Shown here one piece after another: positions 29,901 to 45,045 of a stretch of DNA of 64,000 nt (position 1 is its first letter; the number at the start of each line of letters is the position of its first letter). The notes under the pieces were generated by a model. The model saw only the letters and a list, made by a program, of their open reading frames with translations. It had not been told where the DNA came from and made no database searches. The stretch lies in assembly GCA_044892525.1 (NCBI GenBank), contig CM097885.1, forward strand, positions 44,704,001 to 44,768,000, written 5' to 3'. The position numbers and the translations under genes were made by a program. Source of the DNA: Schmidtea polychroa (Eukaryota).

Positions 29901-30298
29901 ATTATATTATATGTTATTACTGGACTTTTTTGTTCTTCTACTGACAAAATATTCTGCTCTCTAGTATCTTCTACAATTTCATTAATACACACGTCTCCAT
30001 TTTTCTTGAGGAATTTGTAAATTTTCTCTATAGTTCTTTCCTCGTGTTTTACTAATTCATTTACTTTACACTCCTCTTTAAATTTTTTCTGAATTTCCTT
30101 ATCATTCGACTTTTTGATTTCTACACTACTATTATTATTAATATCACGTTCAAAAACACTACAATCTTTATCAATCATACAATCATCATACATACTTAAA
30201 TTACACATACCGTTAGCATTCATTCTTTGGTTGAAATCAATATTACTTAGTAAATTGCTCCGATCAATGTCCCGTTTGACGGAGCGTGCTCGTTTGGG
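26944..30298 (-). pseudogene. pol: Gypsy pol (protease, RT, RNase H, integrase), frameshifted between protease and RT
   Basis: LLDTGA protease; RLCLDFRQLN, MPFG, YLDD RT; TDAS RNase H; H..H..C..C, MDICGP, HVDCG, IER and GPY integrase; frame break at about 29376 (IKH...IMIKPRRQP). Confidence 0.92.
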
Positions 30299-31790
30299 TC
30301 ATTCTCCCTGTTATACTCGTCTGGCTGGCTTGACTGTTTTGTATTCATCATCTCATCATCAGACTCGATAGCTGCAATATCTTTTCTGTTATATTGTTGG
30401 TTTCCCCATTGTCTTTGATGTACGTTCCTTGATTGATACATATCTTCCCTTTGTTGATAGGTATTTCTTTGAATTCTTCCTCCTGACATCTTCCTTTGGT
30501 CTCGATCTCTTCCTTGATTTCGTCTTTCCATATTTGTGTAGCACTCTCTTTATTTGTGTCCTCGTGCATTGCATCTATGACATTTGATTGTTGGGCATTC
30601 TCTTCGTATGTGACCTTCAACACCACATGCATAACATTGAAATCTTCTTTTTATATTACATTCTCTGCTACTGTGTCCCGGTTTTTGACACGTCCAGCAT
30701 TCTATCACTTTAATTCTTGTCTCTGGTTTCCATTCGTTGATTTTTCTCTTCGTGGCTCCAACTTGTACTACATCTCTATAAGTTCTTCCCCCAGTTGTAG
30801 GTCGTATTGATCTCACCGTGTTTACTTGTTCAATAACCTTGTTAACATTTTCTATCTTCTTTATAGTTTCTTTAATTTGTTCCGTCGTTTTGAGATCTTT
30901 CATTTCGATTTCTTTCCTGACTTCTTTATCTTTTACACAATGTGTCAATAAACATTTCTGAATTTCTTCCTCATTCCAAGTGTGTGAGGCCAATTTTTTA
31001 GTCATTTTTGATATTTTTTCTATAAATATTTCCGCTGATTCGTTACCTTGCTCGTAGTTCAAGGCTTCTCTTAAGTCATCAATCAATGACGTTGGTCGAT
31101 GAAAAGCTGCTCTTAATTTCTGTTCAACGGTTTTACCTTCTGCGGTTTCATATTCTTCAATCAAAGTCCTGTCCAGAAGTGTAATAACTAGTACCATTTG
31201 GGTCTTCACTGGTGTCTTCGTTATTTCAAAGAACCTCTGACATTCTTTGATAAATAATTCGAGGTCATCTCCTCTGTGGAATTTTTCTGGAAGTAATCTT
31301 CCAATAAGCAGATCCGTTGGAATGGTCGCCATGTTAGAAGCTATAACATTTAATTCTTCTGTCATCAAAATAAATTACTAAGACTATTAAATCCAAAATT
31401 ATATTTCATTAAATCTGATTATATAAACAAATATTCTTGGGACATTTTCTAAATTTTAATTTCAACCAAATATCAACATACCATCGCATTCATACTTGAA
31501 TTTCAATTTTATTAAAAATTATTTTATTTTAAAATTTCAATTATCATTTCAATTTTAATATCTTAAAATAATTTAAGTTTCAATTAAAATTTTACAAATT
31601 TTAATCATGAACTAATTTAATTTAGTATTTTAATTTTAACTCCTCACATTATATATGATACATAAATAAAAAAATCTAAATACAATATATTAAAAAGGGT
31701 AAAAATAATTTTTTAGTGCATTAATTCTTATATCGAAGACAAGATACCTGAATGATATATTTATTTATTTTGATATAATATTTTAATACA
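26977..31790 (-). mobile_element. Ty3/Gypsy LTR retrotransposon internal region, 3'-truncated, no LTRs seen
   Basis: gag-pro-RT-RNaseH-IN order; the integrase ends abruptly after WEGPY...LLKDQNGK; 5' boundary approximate. Confidence 0.9.
30247..31368 (-). pseudogene. gag: Gypsy gag with three CCHC zinc knuckles, one internal TAA
   Basis: CWTCQKPGHSSREC, CYACGVEGHIRREC, CHRCNARGHK*REC; the 30247-30531 ORF continues in the same frame past the stop at 30550-30552. Confidence 0.88.
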
Positions 31791-31835
31791 ATAGTTAATG
31801 GATAACTGTAACATTTATTACATACGCTTTATAAG

Positions 31836-31986
<151 letters not shown>

Positions 31987-33409
31987 CAATATAATATAAT
32001 ATAATAAGAAAATTAATTTTTTTCATATTTAGTACGTTTTAATAAAAATTAATTTATTAGTATATTATTTTGTCCTTTTGTAAGTGAAACATATATTATC
32101 TTAAATTAAAAAATTAAGCTTCGCGAATGTCATTCTGTAAATTCTCACAGCTATACATTATATTTTTTATTATTTATTTTAATTCATTTTTTATTATGAA
32201 ATAACATTTTATTATAGAATTGTCATCTGAACTTTGAATGTATACAAAGTTTTAAGTCAATTGAATATGTGATAGTCGATCGAAATGTGACCAAAACAAA
32301 CAAACATACAAACAAACAAATAAACGAACTTAAATAAAAGTTTGCAATTAATAATTTATATAACATTGTTCCAAAATCATTTTAATAATTTAATGGAAAA
32401 CCTTTATTAAATGGTAAATTATTAAATCTCTGAAAAACTAGTAAAACAAAGGGTTTGAACAATAATATATAAATAATTTCTACCGATTCTACATTCTAAT
32501 ATTTGGAGATATGCAAAACTGTATAAAATAAAATTGGATAAATGGAAATTGCTACAAATTAATTAAAAACAAATTAAAGATGCAAGAGTCAATATTTATT
32601 AGGATGGGGATGTAAAGCATAATTTGTTGGAAATCAAAATATTAATTTTAAAATAAGTGAGGCCCTTAGGATGAGGCTAGAACCAAAAATCAAATTAGTT
32701 AATTAATTAAAAACTCATAAATCATTGAAGAATTTCGAGAAATGACAGAGTAAGTGGGCAATAAATCAAAAATAGAAAGTATTTGCAATATTGTGTATTA
32801 ATCTCAATAAGTGAGATGTGAAGTTCCATTAAGAAAAGTGATGTATAGGGAGAAATCCTATTTATACAAATTTTTAAAATCAAAATTGCTACTTGACTGA
32901 GCGAACAAAATATGTACCGAACAAACTGATGGAGAAACTCAAAAGTGAAGTTAAGAAAAGATAATTAGTCAAAGCAGATTGTATTTTGTCATGTGATATC
33001 CATTGGATTAGGGTAGGGCTCTTTAGTTCTAGTTCATAATTGATCAAACAAAGTATATTCAATTGTTATTAAATAAGAGTTATTTTGTTGTGATTCTATT
33101 GATTTTGATGGAATAGTAGGAGCCAGATCGAGACATAATTCCTATCAGAATTTTATTTAACCCCCACAAAATGTTAACCTAGTAGAATTTTGTTATTATT
33201 TATTTGGAAAAACTGAAAACATTGTACAAAGTTTAATTATAAAAGTTTTTTTTATTTAGAAAAAAAGAAAAAGAAAACATTACATATTAAATTCACAAAA
33301 TTCATTATTTATTATTATTATATTATAGATATAGAAAATATGGTAAGAAAAACAAATTTTTTTTCTGACTTATAAAATATTTATTTCAAATTAGTTTCTT
33401 TTTGACTGT

Positions 33410-34451
33410 TGGTGAAAAAACCCTCGAAGGAAACACAATGAATAGATAGTATCGTCATTTAAACGTGAACGAAACTTAGTGCATAAAATTCTGGCAGCTG
33501 ATAAAGCTCGCTCCGAATTTACACTTGTAGGTGGAATGGTTAACAAAAATTATACACCATATTTAAATTAACACCGAGAGCACCTCCACTTTCATGAAGT
33601 GCCATCTCTCTTTTTAAAACTAGATTTAAGTTATTTGCTGATGATCCAGATGCTTATCCTTTCTCAATTGCTTATTGTAACTGATTATTCAAATTCGAGA
33701 TTCGACTCTTCTGGCTTCTGTGCTTCTAGAGTATTCTTAACAAATTTCCGTATACATAATTTGAATGGCATCTTAAACACACCGAAATCTTCATCAATGC
33801 TGCTAGACTTGTGTAAATATTGTAAGATACCAGAGAGTTCTGGACTAAGTCGTTCTTTAGTGCGTAATTTAAGCGCTTGTGACATTTATTTACATATTGG
33901 TGATCCGTTATTGTTGAGTCTTTACGACACAATACTTCTATTGTAAACTTCACGGGCTCCAGGGTCGACATAATATCGAGGATGCTCTTAAGCTCTTCAT
34001 TTGAGAAAAAGATAGGAGATTTCAAATCTATAAAACATTTCTTGAGAAATCTTGAGAAAATTAAAACGCTCCAGCATAAGACTTGTGATAATGAAGTGAT
34101 AAAGTAAGAAATAAATTAATAAACTTTGAATTAAATATATATATATATAGCAAAATATGGTTTCTCTTAAATTTTCTGATAACTGCTTACCTTATTTATT
34201 TAAAAACACTTAAAATGGTAAAATAAAAATGAGTAAATTAAATATGCTTTGCTAACAAAATAAAATTAATTTTTTAAGTTCACTTAAATAACAGGACAAA
34301 ATCATAAATACAAACAATATAAATAATTTTTCATTTTTTGTAGAAATTAGTTAATAATTAGAATGGTTTTTCCGGTATCGGGATTTGGGATCCTGAATCC
34401 CGGGATTTCGGGATTGAATATATTCCTGGGATACCGGGATTGCAACCTCTA
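33410..34451 (-). mobile_element. Internally deleted hAT transposon remnant
   Basis: Minus strand LLTIPPTSVNSERALSAARILCTKFRSRLNDDTIYSLCFLR (hAT dimerisation domain); end TAGAGGTTGCAATCCCGG with ATCCCG subterminal repeats at 34372-34451. Confidence 0.75.
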
Positions 34452-37080
34452 TTTTTACCATACGATTTAAAAGATTGAACACACATATAAACAAAAATAG
34501 AAGTCAGAACCTCACTTCAACCGCCTTATGAAGACCCACATAAAGCTATATTATGAAGTGATGATCTCAATATGTTAAAAATCAAAATGGGTGACGGATT
34601 CAAAAACACTTCTGTTGATATACTCAAATCGGCTTATATATTGAACCATATATCTAATAGTAAACCATCCAATAAATATACAAATATTTTGATTTATTTA
34701 TTGAAATTTTTATGTAAATATTTATTTATATTTGTTTGAATAAGTAAGAATTTAAATTTAAAAACAGAAATTTGAGATTTGTTTTTTTTCAATTTGACAA
34801 TCTTTCTAATAAAATAACGAATAAAGATAATATTTCATAGAAGATTTGGCGGACTATAAAAAGCATTCTTTTTAATTTTAATTTTCCAAAGCGAAAATTT
34901 AAGGACTGCACAAATTTGGTGGTTATAAGCAAAGTAATTATAATCGTATAAGTTTTTTTCATAAAAACTACAAATAAAATAAAATAAAAATAACATAATT
35001 TATCTACAAATATTAATTTATTTTTATATAAAAGAAAATTAATTTAATACGAATATAATATTTATAGTATATATAAAAATCCAAATGCAGAATTATTCTT
35101 AATTTATTCTATAATTAAAGCATGTTCACATTTCGCTTTAATACACAAACCTAAAACATGTAAACATATATAGGTTTTTAAAATAAACTGTACAAAAATT
35201 TACTATTTTTCCATTCCAATTTATCACTTTGCACGCATGCTATTGAATTAAAGAATTTTTTCAAGCATAAATAATGCATAAATATTTATATGTATATTTC
35301 ATATAAAAATATATATTGTTGAGGTTGTTAAATTTAAAATTATTATATACTTAAAAAGGAATGAGGAAAATTCAAAATCACAAGAGATCAACAAATCACC
35401 AGATTAAAATTTTTAAAAATGAATATGATGCGGATGAGATAATGGGGAAGATCATGCCGAGAACGGATTCTACAGAATATGTTCAGAAAGGATTGAAATG
35501 CAAGAAAACGTACAAAAACAGAAAATCGTTAAATGATTAATTAGTTAATTAATAAAGGAAAATTCGAGCTAAGTAAACAAAGTTGATGTTGGAAAACCAT
35601 TATCACAACAGCATGAGTAATGGGAAAACGGGGAAAAGATTATCACATGGGAGACGAACGGTGTGACAAATATAAATTGGGTTTTGTTTAAATAATTGCT
35701 TTTTATAGAACAAGTGGAGACAGAGACACCGGCTAAACTATTTTTCTTAATTGAAAACTCAGCAATATGTATTTTATAATTTAATATATAAATTTATGAT
35801 ATTCCTAATAAACTTTGTTCATTTATTATATATTATATACATTATCTTTATATGTTGAACTATTACATAAACTTATATTCATGAACTAAATAATTTATAC
35901 ATTTGTTAAAAAATTATACTATTATTAAGACCATTATAATTATCTGTAAATTTAATAATAGATAATAATAGTCATATTTTATTTAATAATTTGCCATTTT
36001 AAACCCATATCCTAAATCCAATTTCCCAACAAAAAACCTCTGAATTATTGTCATTTATATGTTATCTTTCTGCATCAATAAAAGACAGCATCAATTATAA
36101 AAAAAATGAAATACTTTTTCATTTGTAAATGGTTTTATTATTTTTCTAAAAACAAACAATAACATAATAATACAAGTCTACATCTCGACCATTTAATATA
36201 CAGAATCAACAACATTCGTCTGCCTAATTCGTAGAGAGATAAAAAGAATTCTTTAGGATGAATGAAGAAACAGTCAGTTTTCAACTTGGAGAGACGCCAG
36301 TTTTAAATTAATTCGGGATTATTGGGAACGCACACGCTTTTATTAACAATTTACGGGTTTTGTTTTATGAAACTATTGTTTCATTTTTTTAGGTTACAAT
36401 AATACAGTTAAAACTGATAAGTCGGCATTTGTCTTGAATGAAAATAGGAAATAAAAAATCTCCAGACCATCACTTTCCGTGGAGAATTATTCATAGCTTT
36501 ATTAGATTCCTATAAAAATTGGCTAGGGCCTTATCAATAATGAATTTTAACAATACAATTTCGATAGGAAAATGATTTAACTTTTAAGATAATCTTTTCA
36601 TTGTTTTTGTTTACAATAAATTTAATAAATATTATAGAAAATATAATTTCATTTAAATAAAATTTAGAGTAATCTATTATTTCTAAATTACTTGATAAAA
36701 ATTATATAAAATTTATTTTTAAATAACAAGTTATATATTGATAACATGAGATTTTTATTTCAATATTATTTGAAAATCGATTTCTCTCTCTCGAATGATG
36801 CATAATTATTTCAATATTAGATAGATTGGCCACCGCTGAATCAAACCACCCAACTCCTCCCTGTTTTTTTTCATTATAAACTAGTATTTTATGTAGATCA
36901 ACTGAAATTTATAAGGTTTTCTAGATTTTCAAGGCTTTTTCAAAAAGCTTTATGTAATTTTATTAAAATTTATGAAAAATATGTATTTTAGGGTTTCAAA
37001 ATATGTGTATATCTGTATATAGGAAAACATTAATAAAGGGCAAAATTTAATGAGAAAATCATAAATTAAATGTGAACTTT

Positions 37081-37156
37081 TATACACACACATATATACA
37101 CACATATATACACACATATATACACACACATATATACACACATACATATATATACA
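37081..37156. repeat. (TATACACACA)-type compound microsatellite
   Basis: Mixed TA/CA run abutting the hAT insertion. Confidence 0.85.
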
Positions 37157-39962
37157 CAGTGGTGATATTCAGCCGTTACGGGGCGGTACGCTCGTACCGG
37201 TTGTTAACATTTTTAAAATTTTCCGTACCGGTTGTTGTATATTAAAAAAAAAGTATGTTTTTAAGTAAAAGTATGTAAAAGTAAAAGTATTGATAAAAAC
37301 ATTCTAAATTACTAAAAAAATATAAATATTTACCTGCCATTATCGATCAAATACAAAAAATCTTACAATAAAATAAAAATTTGGGATTTAAAATTTTTTT
37401 CGGTAAATTTTTTTTATTTTTCTTTTAATAAAAAGGGAATTTCCCTTTTTGAATACATTTTTATTTTGATATATTTACTCTAAATAAAAAGTTTAGTAGT
37501 ATAAATATTTTTATGGTGAATGGTTATCCCTTACTTTTAATCTCTATTAAATTCAGTTTTAACGTGCAAGTATGAAGATTTTAAATTGATTTAAATTTCT
37601 AATTAATTATTAATTAATTATTAAATATTTTCTTTGTTTCAACCTAAGAATGAAAAGGCAAGGTAATTTGGATGACTTTTTTAGCAAATCTATAAAAATA
37701 ACCAAAAACCCTGAACAGCAAGCTGAGAATATTACTAATTCATATCAAACAAAACAGGTAAAAGAAAAAAATGATACTTCTGAAGTTCAACACCAATCGG
37801 AAAAAGCTGGAACGTCTCGTGATGCTGCGTTATTACATTTTTGGAATGATAAACAACTAAATTATTTTAAAACTAAATACGAGTGGCTTAATGTTGTTAG
37901 CGATGAAAATGTGGGATGTCAGTGGTGTTCGAAAGTAGAATCGTTAAATTTAGAAACTGCTAAACATTTACACATTTCTGTGGAGTGGAAATCATGTTCT
38001 GTCAAAGCTCATGGCTCGAACAAAGAAAATTTACAATCATCAATGAGAAAAAAATTGAAGGAACACAATGAATCAGCTTCACATAAAAAAGCTGGGGAAA
38101 TAATAAAAATTGGTGAAACAAATATAATTTCCAAATCTTTCGATGTGGCTAATGAAAAGTATTTAAACAGCACAGTAAACATTTTTAATACTATCTATTT
38201 CATAATTAAAAACAATTATCCATTCAGTGATTTTAAAAAATTAATTGATTTACAGAAAAAAAATAATGTAGATTTTGGATTTTCATTACATTCCAGATTT
38301 ATAGTTCCACTTGTCGCAAAGCTTATATCTACAGAAATAAGAAGAATTATTTTTGGAAAACTGATAAATACAGGTTGTAAAATTTCAATTATTATTGATG
38401 AAGCCTCAACTGTTTCACACAAAAGCGTTTTAGTAGTTTATTTGAAATCTGAAATTCAAGATTCCAATTATAGTGTAACAGTTTTTATTGATCTTGTCGA
38501 ATTAGAAGGAACAACATCAGAAATAATTTTTAAAACCTTAATATCAGTTCTTGAAAAACATGGTTTTAATGAAAAATATTTACATGAAAATCTTATTGGA
38601 TTTTGCTCAGACGGTGCTAGTGTAATGTTAGGAAAAAAGGCTGGAGTTTCTGCAAGAATTTTAGAACATTTTCCAGGTATTAGCATCTGTCACTGTTTAG
38701 CTCATCGTATTCAGTTAACTCTAGATGATGTTATCAAAGAAGTAAATGAAGTAAATAACTTTAGATATTTTCTCGATTAACTTTATTCGTATTATCATAC
38801 TTCAAATAAACATCAACGAGAATTAAATAATGTTTCTAAAGAACTTGGCACTGAAGTACACAAAATAGGTAGAATATTTGGTCCTCGGTGGGCAGCCTGT
38901 AGCCTAGGACCGCCAAAGCAGTTTGGAAATCATATCAGGCCTTATATATTCACTTTAGTCAAAATAAAGAAATTGGAATAATGTCATATTTCAATAATGA
39001 AAACTTTTTAAAAGATTTAGGTTCAATAAACGACATATTAGAAGAAATTTCTGTACTGTCTACAGCTTTACAAGAAAGAGATATTTCATTAATTAGAGCT
39101 GATAGATTGATAAGGCGAACGATAAATCTATTCCAACATTTAAAATTAAATAAAGGAACATATGAAAAAGAAGCAGATGATATTATTAAAACGAAAAAAT
39201 ACAATATTCCATTTGAAATTAATAGAAAAAAAACATCAATTGTTGTTTCGAGAGATAAATTTTTTGATTGTTTAGAAAACATATGAAAACGCGTTTGCTA
39301 TTAGACGATAAAAATGAAAACTATAATAATCTCTTAAATTGCTTTAATTTATTAAATCCAGAAACATGGCCGGGTGATATTTTTGAAGCACCAAGGATTG
39401 AAGGTGAAAATAGGTTAGAGCAGTTAAATAAAATAATCAAATACATCATTCCAGTAAATGATTTTCGAGATTTTGTTGATGTGCGAGATAGAGAATCTAA
39501 AAATATTAATACTATTTTGAGAGCAAAAAGAATTTTAAATGTAATTGCTGTTAATTCCGCAGAAGCTGAAAGAGGACTCAGCACAATGAACAATATCATT
39601 TATGATAAGAGAAATTCGTTGTTAATTGAAACAACAAGTCATTTAATGAAAATAAATTTAATGGGAAAATCGATTGAGGATTTTGATGCAACACCATATG
39701 TTAAATTATGGTTGCGAGAAGGGCATCATATGGCAAGTGACAAACGTGTCAAAGCAGCCGCACCTAATTTGCCGTCCCAAAACCAAAATTTAATTTGGAA
39801 ATTATTTAATTAATTTTATATACTATTTTTTATACTATTATATATAATATATGTATTTCTTATGTAAATATGTAAATAAATAACTATTATGAATTAAATA
39901 TAACCTACAATAGATTTTTTTCCATGCGTACCGGTTGTTAAAAAATTCGAATATCACCACCG
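37157..39962 (+). mobile_element. Full-length hAT DNA transposon (2.8 kb)
   Basis: TIRs CAGTGGTGATATTC / GAATATCACCACCG, perfect 8-bp TSD TATATACA, subterminal CGTACCGGTTGTT repeats. Confidence 0.93.
37650..39813 (+). pseudogene. hAT transposase (ZNF862/KIAA1586-like), disrupted
   Basis: CQWC..H zinc finger, IIIDEAS, FCSDGASVM, CHCLAHRIQL, PRW, SAEAERGLS; in-frame TAA at 38778 and frameshifts near 38905 and 39280. Confidence 0.88.
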
Positions 39963-42900
39963 TATATACAGACACATACATCGACTCCATTTATTTTGAT
40001 ATTAGTGATAATATATGGTTCTTTTTCGTGTTGGTATTCAAAGTTAATATAAGCAAAGAAAGAAAGTCACAATGAAATCATTTCGGTTGAAAGAATTCTT
40101 GTTATTATTCATTAGTAAAAATATTTTTGAAATTTTGTATCGGTTTCACAGTGAATATTTGGATTAAAGTGAAGTACCGCGATGAGAAAAACGGTTCCAA
40201 CATCTCACACATTAAGAAAATTTTTATCCTAAATGGAGAATAACAGTCAAATATATTGCAAATTAATTTTAACCAAATTTTGTTTCGGAATCGGCTGCTA
40301 AACTCACAATTTTTAACTATAAGTAAGTAAGTAAGTATACTTATTGCCTGTGTTTGTGAAACAATAGAGAGAAACAACCCGGTACTGCATTTTTTAAATA
40401 GTAAATAAAGTGAGCATTTTGGACGCTTCTGTTGTCAAAGCTGTATAAATTCTTTGTAAATTTTTTTGAATCCCAATGTTGAATGTGTGGTAATCTCAGG
40501 CAGTAAGGTTTATTGGTGGGATTTAGGTTTCCATTCGTAAACAAAATAAAACATCTAGCTGGGATTCCAAGAAATTTTATTTTTTCAATTTTCATGTTTT
40601 GAACGTCATAAGACAAGTTAAGGTTCGTTATTAAAGGCTATTTCACACACATTGATAATTAAATTATTTAGATCCCTTGATATGTTTAACACTTTAAAAA
40701 AGTCAACTAGCAAATATATAAGTTAAGAATTGGTTTATTATTATTGTGTTACATAGTAATACCTAGTGGGGACCCCGTTAATAGATTTATGGTTATATTA
40801 CTTAATTTTTCTTAATAAACCTTTCACGAATTTTTAATATTATTAACCACTTCTTCATATATCTATGGTTTGATCTCATTGTATTTATTATAAATCTTTC
40901 AATTTATTATAGGAAAATAATACTTTGATTTGTTCTTTGTGGAATATGAAAATTGACAAAAATTACTTGGAGAAAAATCACACAATTAATGTTTAATTTT
41001 GAATGAAATTATTAATAACATTTTCAGCAAAATTCGAAATTTAAAGGAAAGCCATTTTTTGTTTTACTAGTTTGCTATTATTATCTCATTATTTTATTTT
41101 ATTTTGCTTCAAATAGTTTGAAAAAAACAATTTATTAATCTCCTTCATTTGCTATTTCTTTATGATTTTTTTTATTAATTTTTTCAATAAATTTTGAAAT
41201 ATTATTTCTTTTAAAATCAAAAGATAAAGAAAAATATTGAAAAAACAAATTTATATTTAAACAAAAATTACGATAATAATAAGATACAATCAAAGGAATA
41301 AGGCATTTTCGATCTATGTCAGAAATGCTTTTACTGCTGCCCCTATGATTCAAACCAGAAATTTAAAGATTTTTATATTTTTTTAATCACTTTTTATCTG
41401 TTTTATTCTATGATATTTCTTTTATTTTCACTGACAAAAAATCAAATGTACTTTTTTTATAATCAACACAAATTTTCGGCTTCATTTTTATCAAGTATTA
41501 TTTCACCTTAAAAATTGTATTTGATAAAGGCTAAAAACTTGAGTATTATAAGAAATTTGTGATCTTTTGTCAAAATGAAAATAAAGAAATTTAAAGGCTT
41601 TACATCTTTTTCTAAATATTTTGAAATAAAATACCATTTAAGTTTTTATTAGTGATTTCGGTTGTGCTTGCAACATTTAAAGTTGACAAAATTTATTTGT
41701 TCTAAGCAGATTTCGAGACAACGGGGATTTTTCCCAAGGCTCTGAGCTTTCATATTTCTAACAATTATAAGTAGCTAGGGCAAGTTTTTGAAACCAAATG
41801 CAACGTTTCCTACAAGTATGATGTTAACTTAGATCTTTCTCTGCATTAACATCTCGCTCGTTAAGTTTGTTTCTTTACATGTCTGTACATGCCATGTCAT
41901 CTGCTGCCTCCTTATCTGCTGCAGCTGTTGTGTAAAAGTGAAAATGTATATATATTATTGAACATATTTAAGAAATAAATATTTCATTAAATAAATTTGA
42001 AAAAATTATGTTCATTTATTGTTTCTTCTTTTTTGGGAAGGGGCTCCGCATATAAAATTTTCCCAAGGCCTCGCTAAACCCACAGCTGCACCTGGTTATT
42101 AGACCCAAAATACTACAAAACTCCAATTCATTTTACAAAGGTTAGTGTATTTTATGTAAAATTACCAGTAAACCTGAAAATTTAGTTGGAAAATTTCAGA
42201 AATGGAAATGTCTGATTTGAAAATAATTCAAGAACTGAATGTTCAAGCGGATCTTAGAATTTGAACAAATTCTAAAATTATAGACAAAAGACTTGAAAAA
42301 CAATTTAATCATAATACCGCAAGCTTTTGTCACAATTGAAAGCTGCTCAGAAAAGTACTGAAAATTAAAAAAAAACACACATAATTTATCAGGCAGCAAG
42401 TTGATAACTGAGTCGCGGTACATTCTGCTAAGCTTCATATACCAATTTTGGTGGAGTTATAATTTAAGATAAAAATTAGGACCTATTTAAAATCGTAAAG
42501 CGCCTTATTACCTAATCAACTCCAAAAATTAACATATATTATAGCCAAGAGAAGGTTATAGCAAAAAAAGAACCCTGAAAATTAAAATTTTCATAATTAA
42601 AAAATCTTTTCGCACAGTAAAATATTAAAAATAATTAGACAATTTATTCTCTCATTAAATAATGTAAATTTACAGTAAAAGATTACAGATACACGAAGTG
42701 AAAACATAAAAACACAAAGTAAAAATATTAATTTCACTGTAAATAAATTTGAATGAACTAATAAGGCCAACTAAACAAAAATTATTATATAATTTTTCCA
42801 ATCAAATTTCTTTAATTAATTTAAAATTTCAAATCTGTTTTTGCAAAAAAAATTAAGAGTTGAGGTCACTAATGGCTTCAGGAATTCTGGAATATTCATT

Positions 42901-42982
42901 TGAATCTGATTCCAATTAAATTGCTGGTAACAAAACAAAAAAGATTTGACTAACAAAGTCATAGAAATTTGTATTTACTTCG

Positions 42983-43740
42983 GTTGGGGTTCGGCGGGAG
43001 AGGCACAAAAACAAGGTGAAAATCAATAAAAACATCAAGTTCACAATAATAATTTTAAGTACAAAATATTAATTAAAAATCAAAAAAAATTAAAAAATGA
43101 ATATTTTCCGGGAGAAACTGGTATGCGCGAATGCCGAACAATGAGACGAGTTCAAATATAATAAAAATAAAGTTAATAAAGGAAATAATTACAAAAAACT
43201 AAAATTAATTAAAAAATGAATTAGCTAATGAAAAACTGAGTAGTGTAAGAGAACCCGAGTGAGCCATCACATTTTTAGAGGCAATCGAATTAGCCGACTG
43301 TCAAAACAATGAATAAATTGACTAAACCAATTAGGTCCGTAAGAGGAACCCCGGGGAAAAGTATCCAAAGTAATAGATTACGAAACGGGTATAAAAGCGA
43401 TCGGCAAGTAAACAGAATTACTAGTTTGTCGAAGAAAAGAGATAGTATAGTGAAAAGAAGTAAAGTGAATTTAACTTAGTGCTAACCAAATCGTTTTGAA
43501 TCCAGCGTACCAAAAAGAGACATCTTCCGTTGCGCAAGGTTCAAGTTCGAATTGAAAAGTGTGCAGAGTAAAGAGTGATTTAAAGTTGTGTAAATTGAAA
43601 TTGTTTCATTAAAGTGTGTAATAAAAGAAAAGTGTAATTGTGGTAATTCCAAATAAATATTGCGTTGGGTGGTTCGATTTTATTAATAAAATGACATCAA
43701 TGAGTCCGATAGTGATACCGACTTACACAAAATACCCAAC
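42983..43740 (+). mobile_element. Solo-LTR-like interspersed repeat, copy 2
   Basis: GTTGGG...CCCAAC terminal inverted ends, TATAAAA near 43390, AATAAA near 43652; homologous to 325-1120. Confidence 0.6.
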
Positions 43741-43789
43741 GCTTTTATTAATTGTTTGGAGGCTGATACTGCAGTAAAAATGTAGAATC

Positions 43790-45045
43790 TTGAAACAAAT
43801 ATTATAAAAAACAAAAGTGAAGATAGTCTGAAGCAGTATTACTTGTGTAAAAAATCAAATATAAAGGTAGGCAGTGTTCTGCGACGATGTTTTATTATAT
43901 GAATCAACAAGTTCAAAAATGAAAATGTTTAAAAATGAACAGGAATATGATCATGATAAACCAATCCATTCATCTATTACTGGAAATAATGAGGTTTTTA
44001 AAAGAAATATAAAATCTGCTTTAAAGATCGACGCAAGCCAAAATATATAATGGAATGTCTAGCCTCGAAAAAGTTACCAGTATCATCAATGTCATAACTT
44101 AAAAATTATTTAGCTCAATTACGAAAAGAAAAGTATGGCAGTCCACGAATAAGTGTAGGAAAGCTGGAAATATTTCTTCGAGATAATCTACAATTTCCGA
44201 TAATGAAGATACACCTTTGTCGTTGCTTATGAGTACGATGATGTCGAGGAATTTGAATTCATGTTGCATTGTACAAAATGCATCATACGTTTCCTGTTTT
44301 TGTGATTCGAACTACAGACCGAGATAGCTGTAACGACGAACAAAAAACAAGTTATTTTGCTTTTATATTTACAGCATTTAAAAACTGGGTACAAAAACAT
44401 GGTAAAGACTTACAACATAAATTATTAATCGCAGATGGTTCCGAAGCTATTCAAAACGGATTCAATGAAGTTTTTGGAATAGGAACAACTATAGTTATGT
44501 GCGAGAAACAAAATGTGACAAAATAACAGAAAAAATACTGTTATAAAAATTTAGTTCCACAAATTTTGAAAGATCTGAACCAGTACAGCTAAGCAATTCA
44601 GAAAACTTTTATTAAACCATTTAATCTTTTTATAGAAAAGTTGTCATCTCATGGGATGTTATAAAATACTTTAAAAAAGAATGGTTAATGTCTACTAATA
44701 ATAAATAGCTGCCTTTAATTGGGTAAAAGAAAATAAAAAAAGGCTGATGCAAAATACCAGGACGTAGAATATTATATTATCTGAAACTTTAAAACCTAAA
44801 GGTAGGACAAGTTTTGAGGATTTTGTTTTACATGCCTTTTCGACTTGGAACGTAGAATTACCAAAACATAATGTTAAAGAGACCTGGATTTATGGTAATT
44901 GCAATTACCCTGCATTCATGAAAAAATACAATGCAAATATTTGATAGGCATGACAATATATTTGAAGTATGTAAAGGCTCCCACTGAGGCTAAAATATCT
45001 ACAACTGGACCAAAAAAAAATTTCAAAGCGTTTGTTGTTGATTAA
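43790..45045 (+). mobile_element. Decayed MULE/Mutator transposase remnant
   Basis: LIADGSEAIQNGFNEVFG...VMC (MULE DDE region) and a broken SWIM finger GNCN.PAFMKKY.CK.LIG near 44895-44950; many stops. Confidence 0.7.

Noticed and set aside
27032..30810. Plus-strand ORFs overlapping the Gypsy element, and similar antisense ORFs over the hAT and Polinton genes
   Set aside because: Antisense shadows of long AT-rich coding regions; no independent motifs.
40105..40616. Extra host exons or a nested gene
   Set aside because: No Ig or LDLa pattern, a stop in the most plausible frame, and the host exon periodicity is complete without them.
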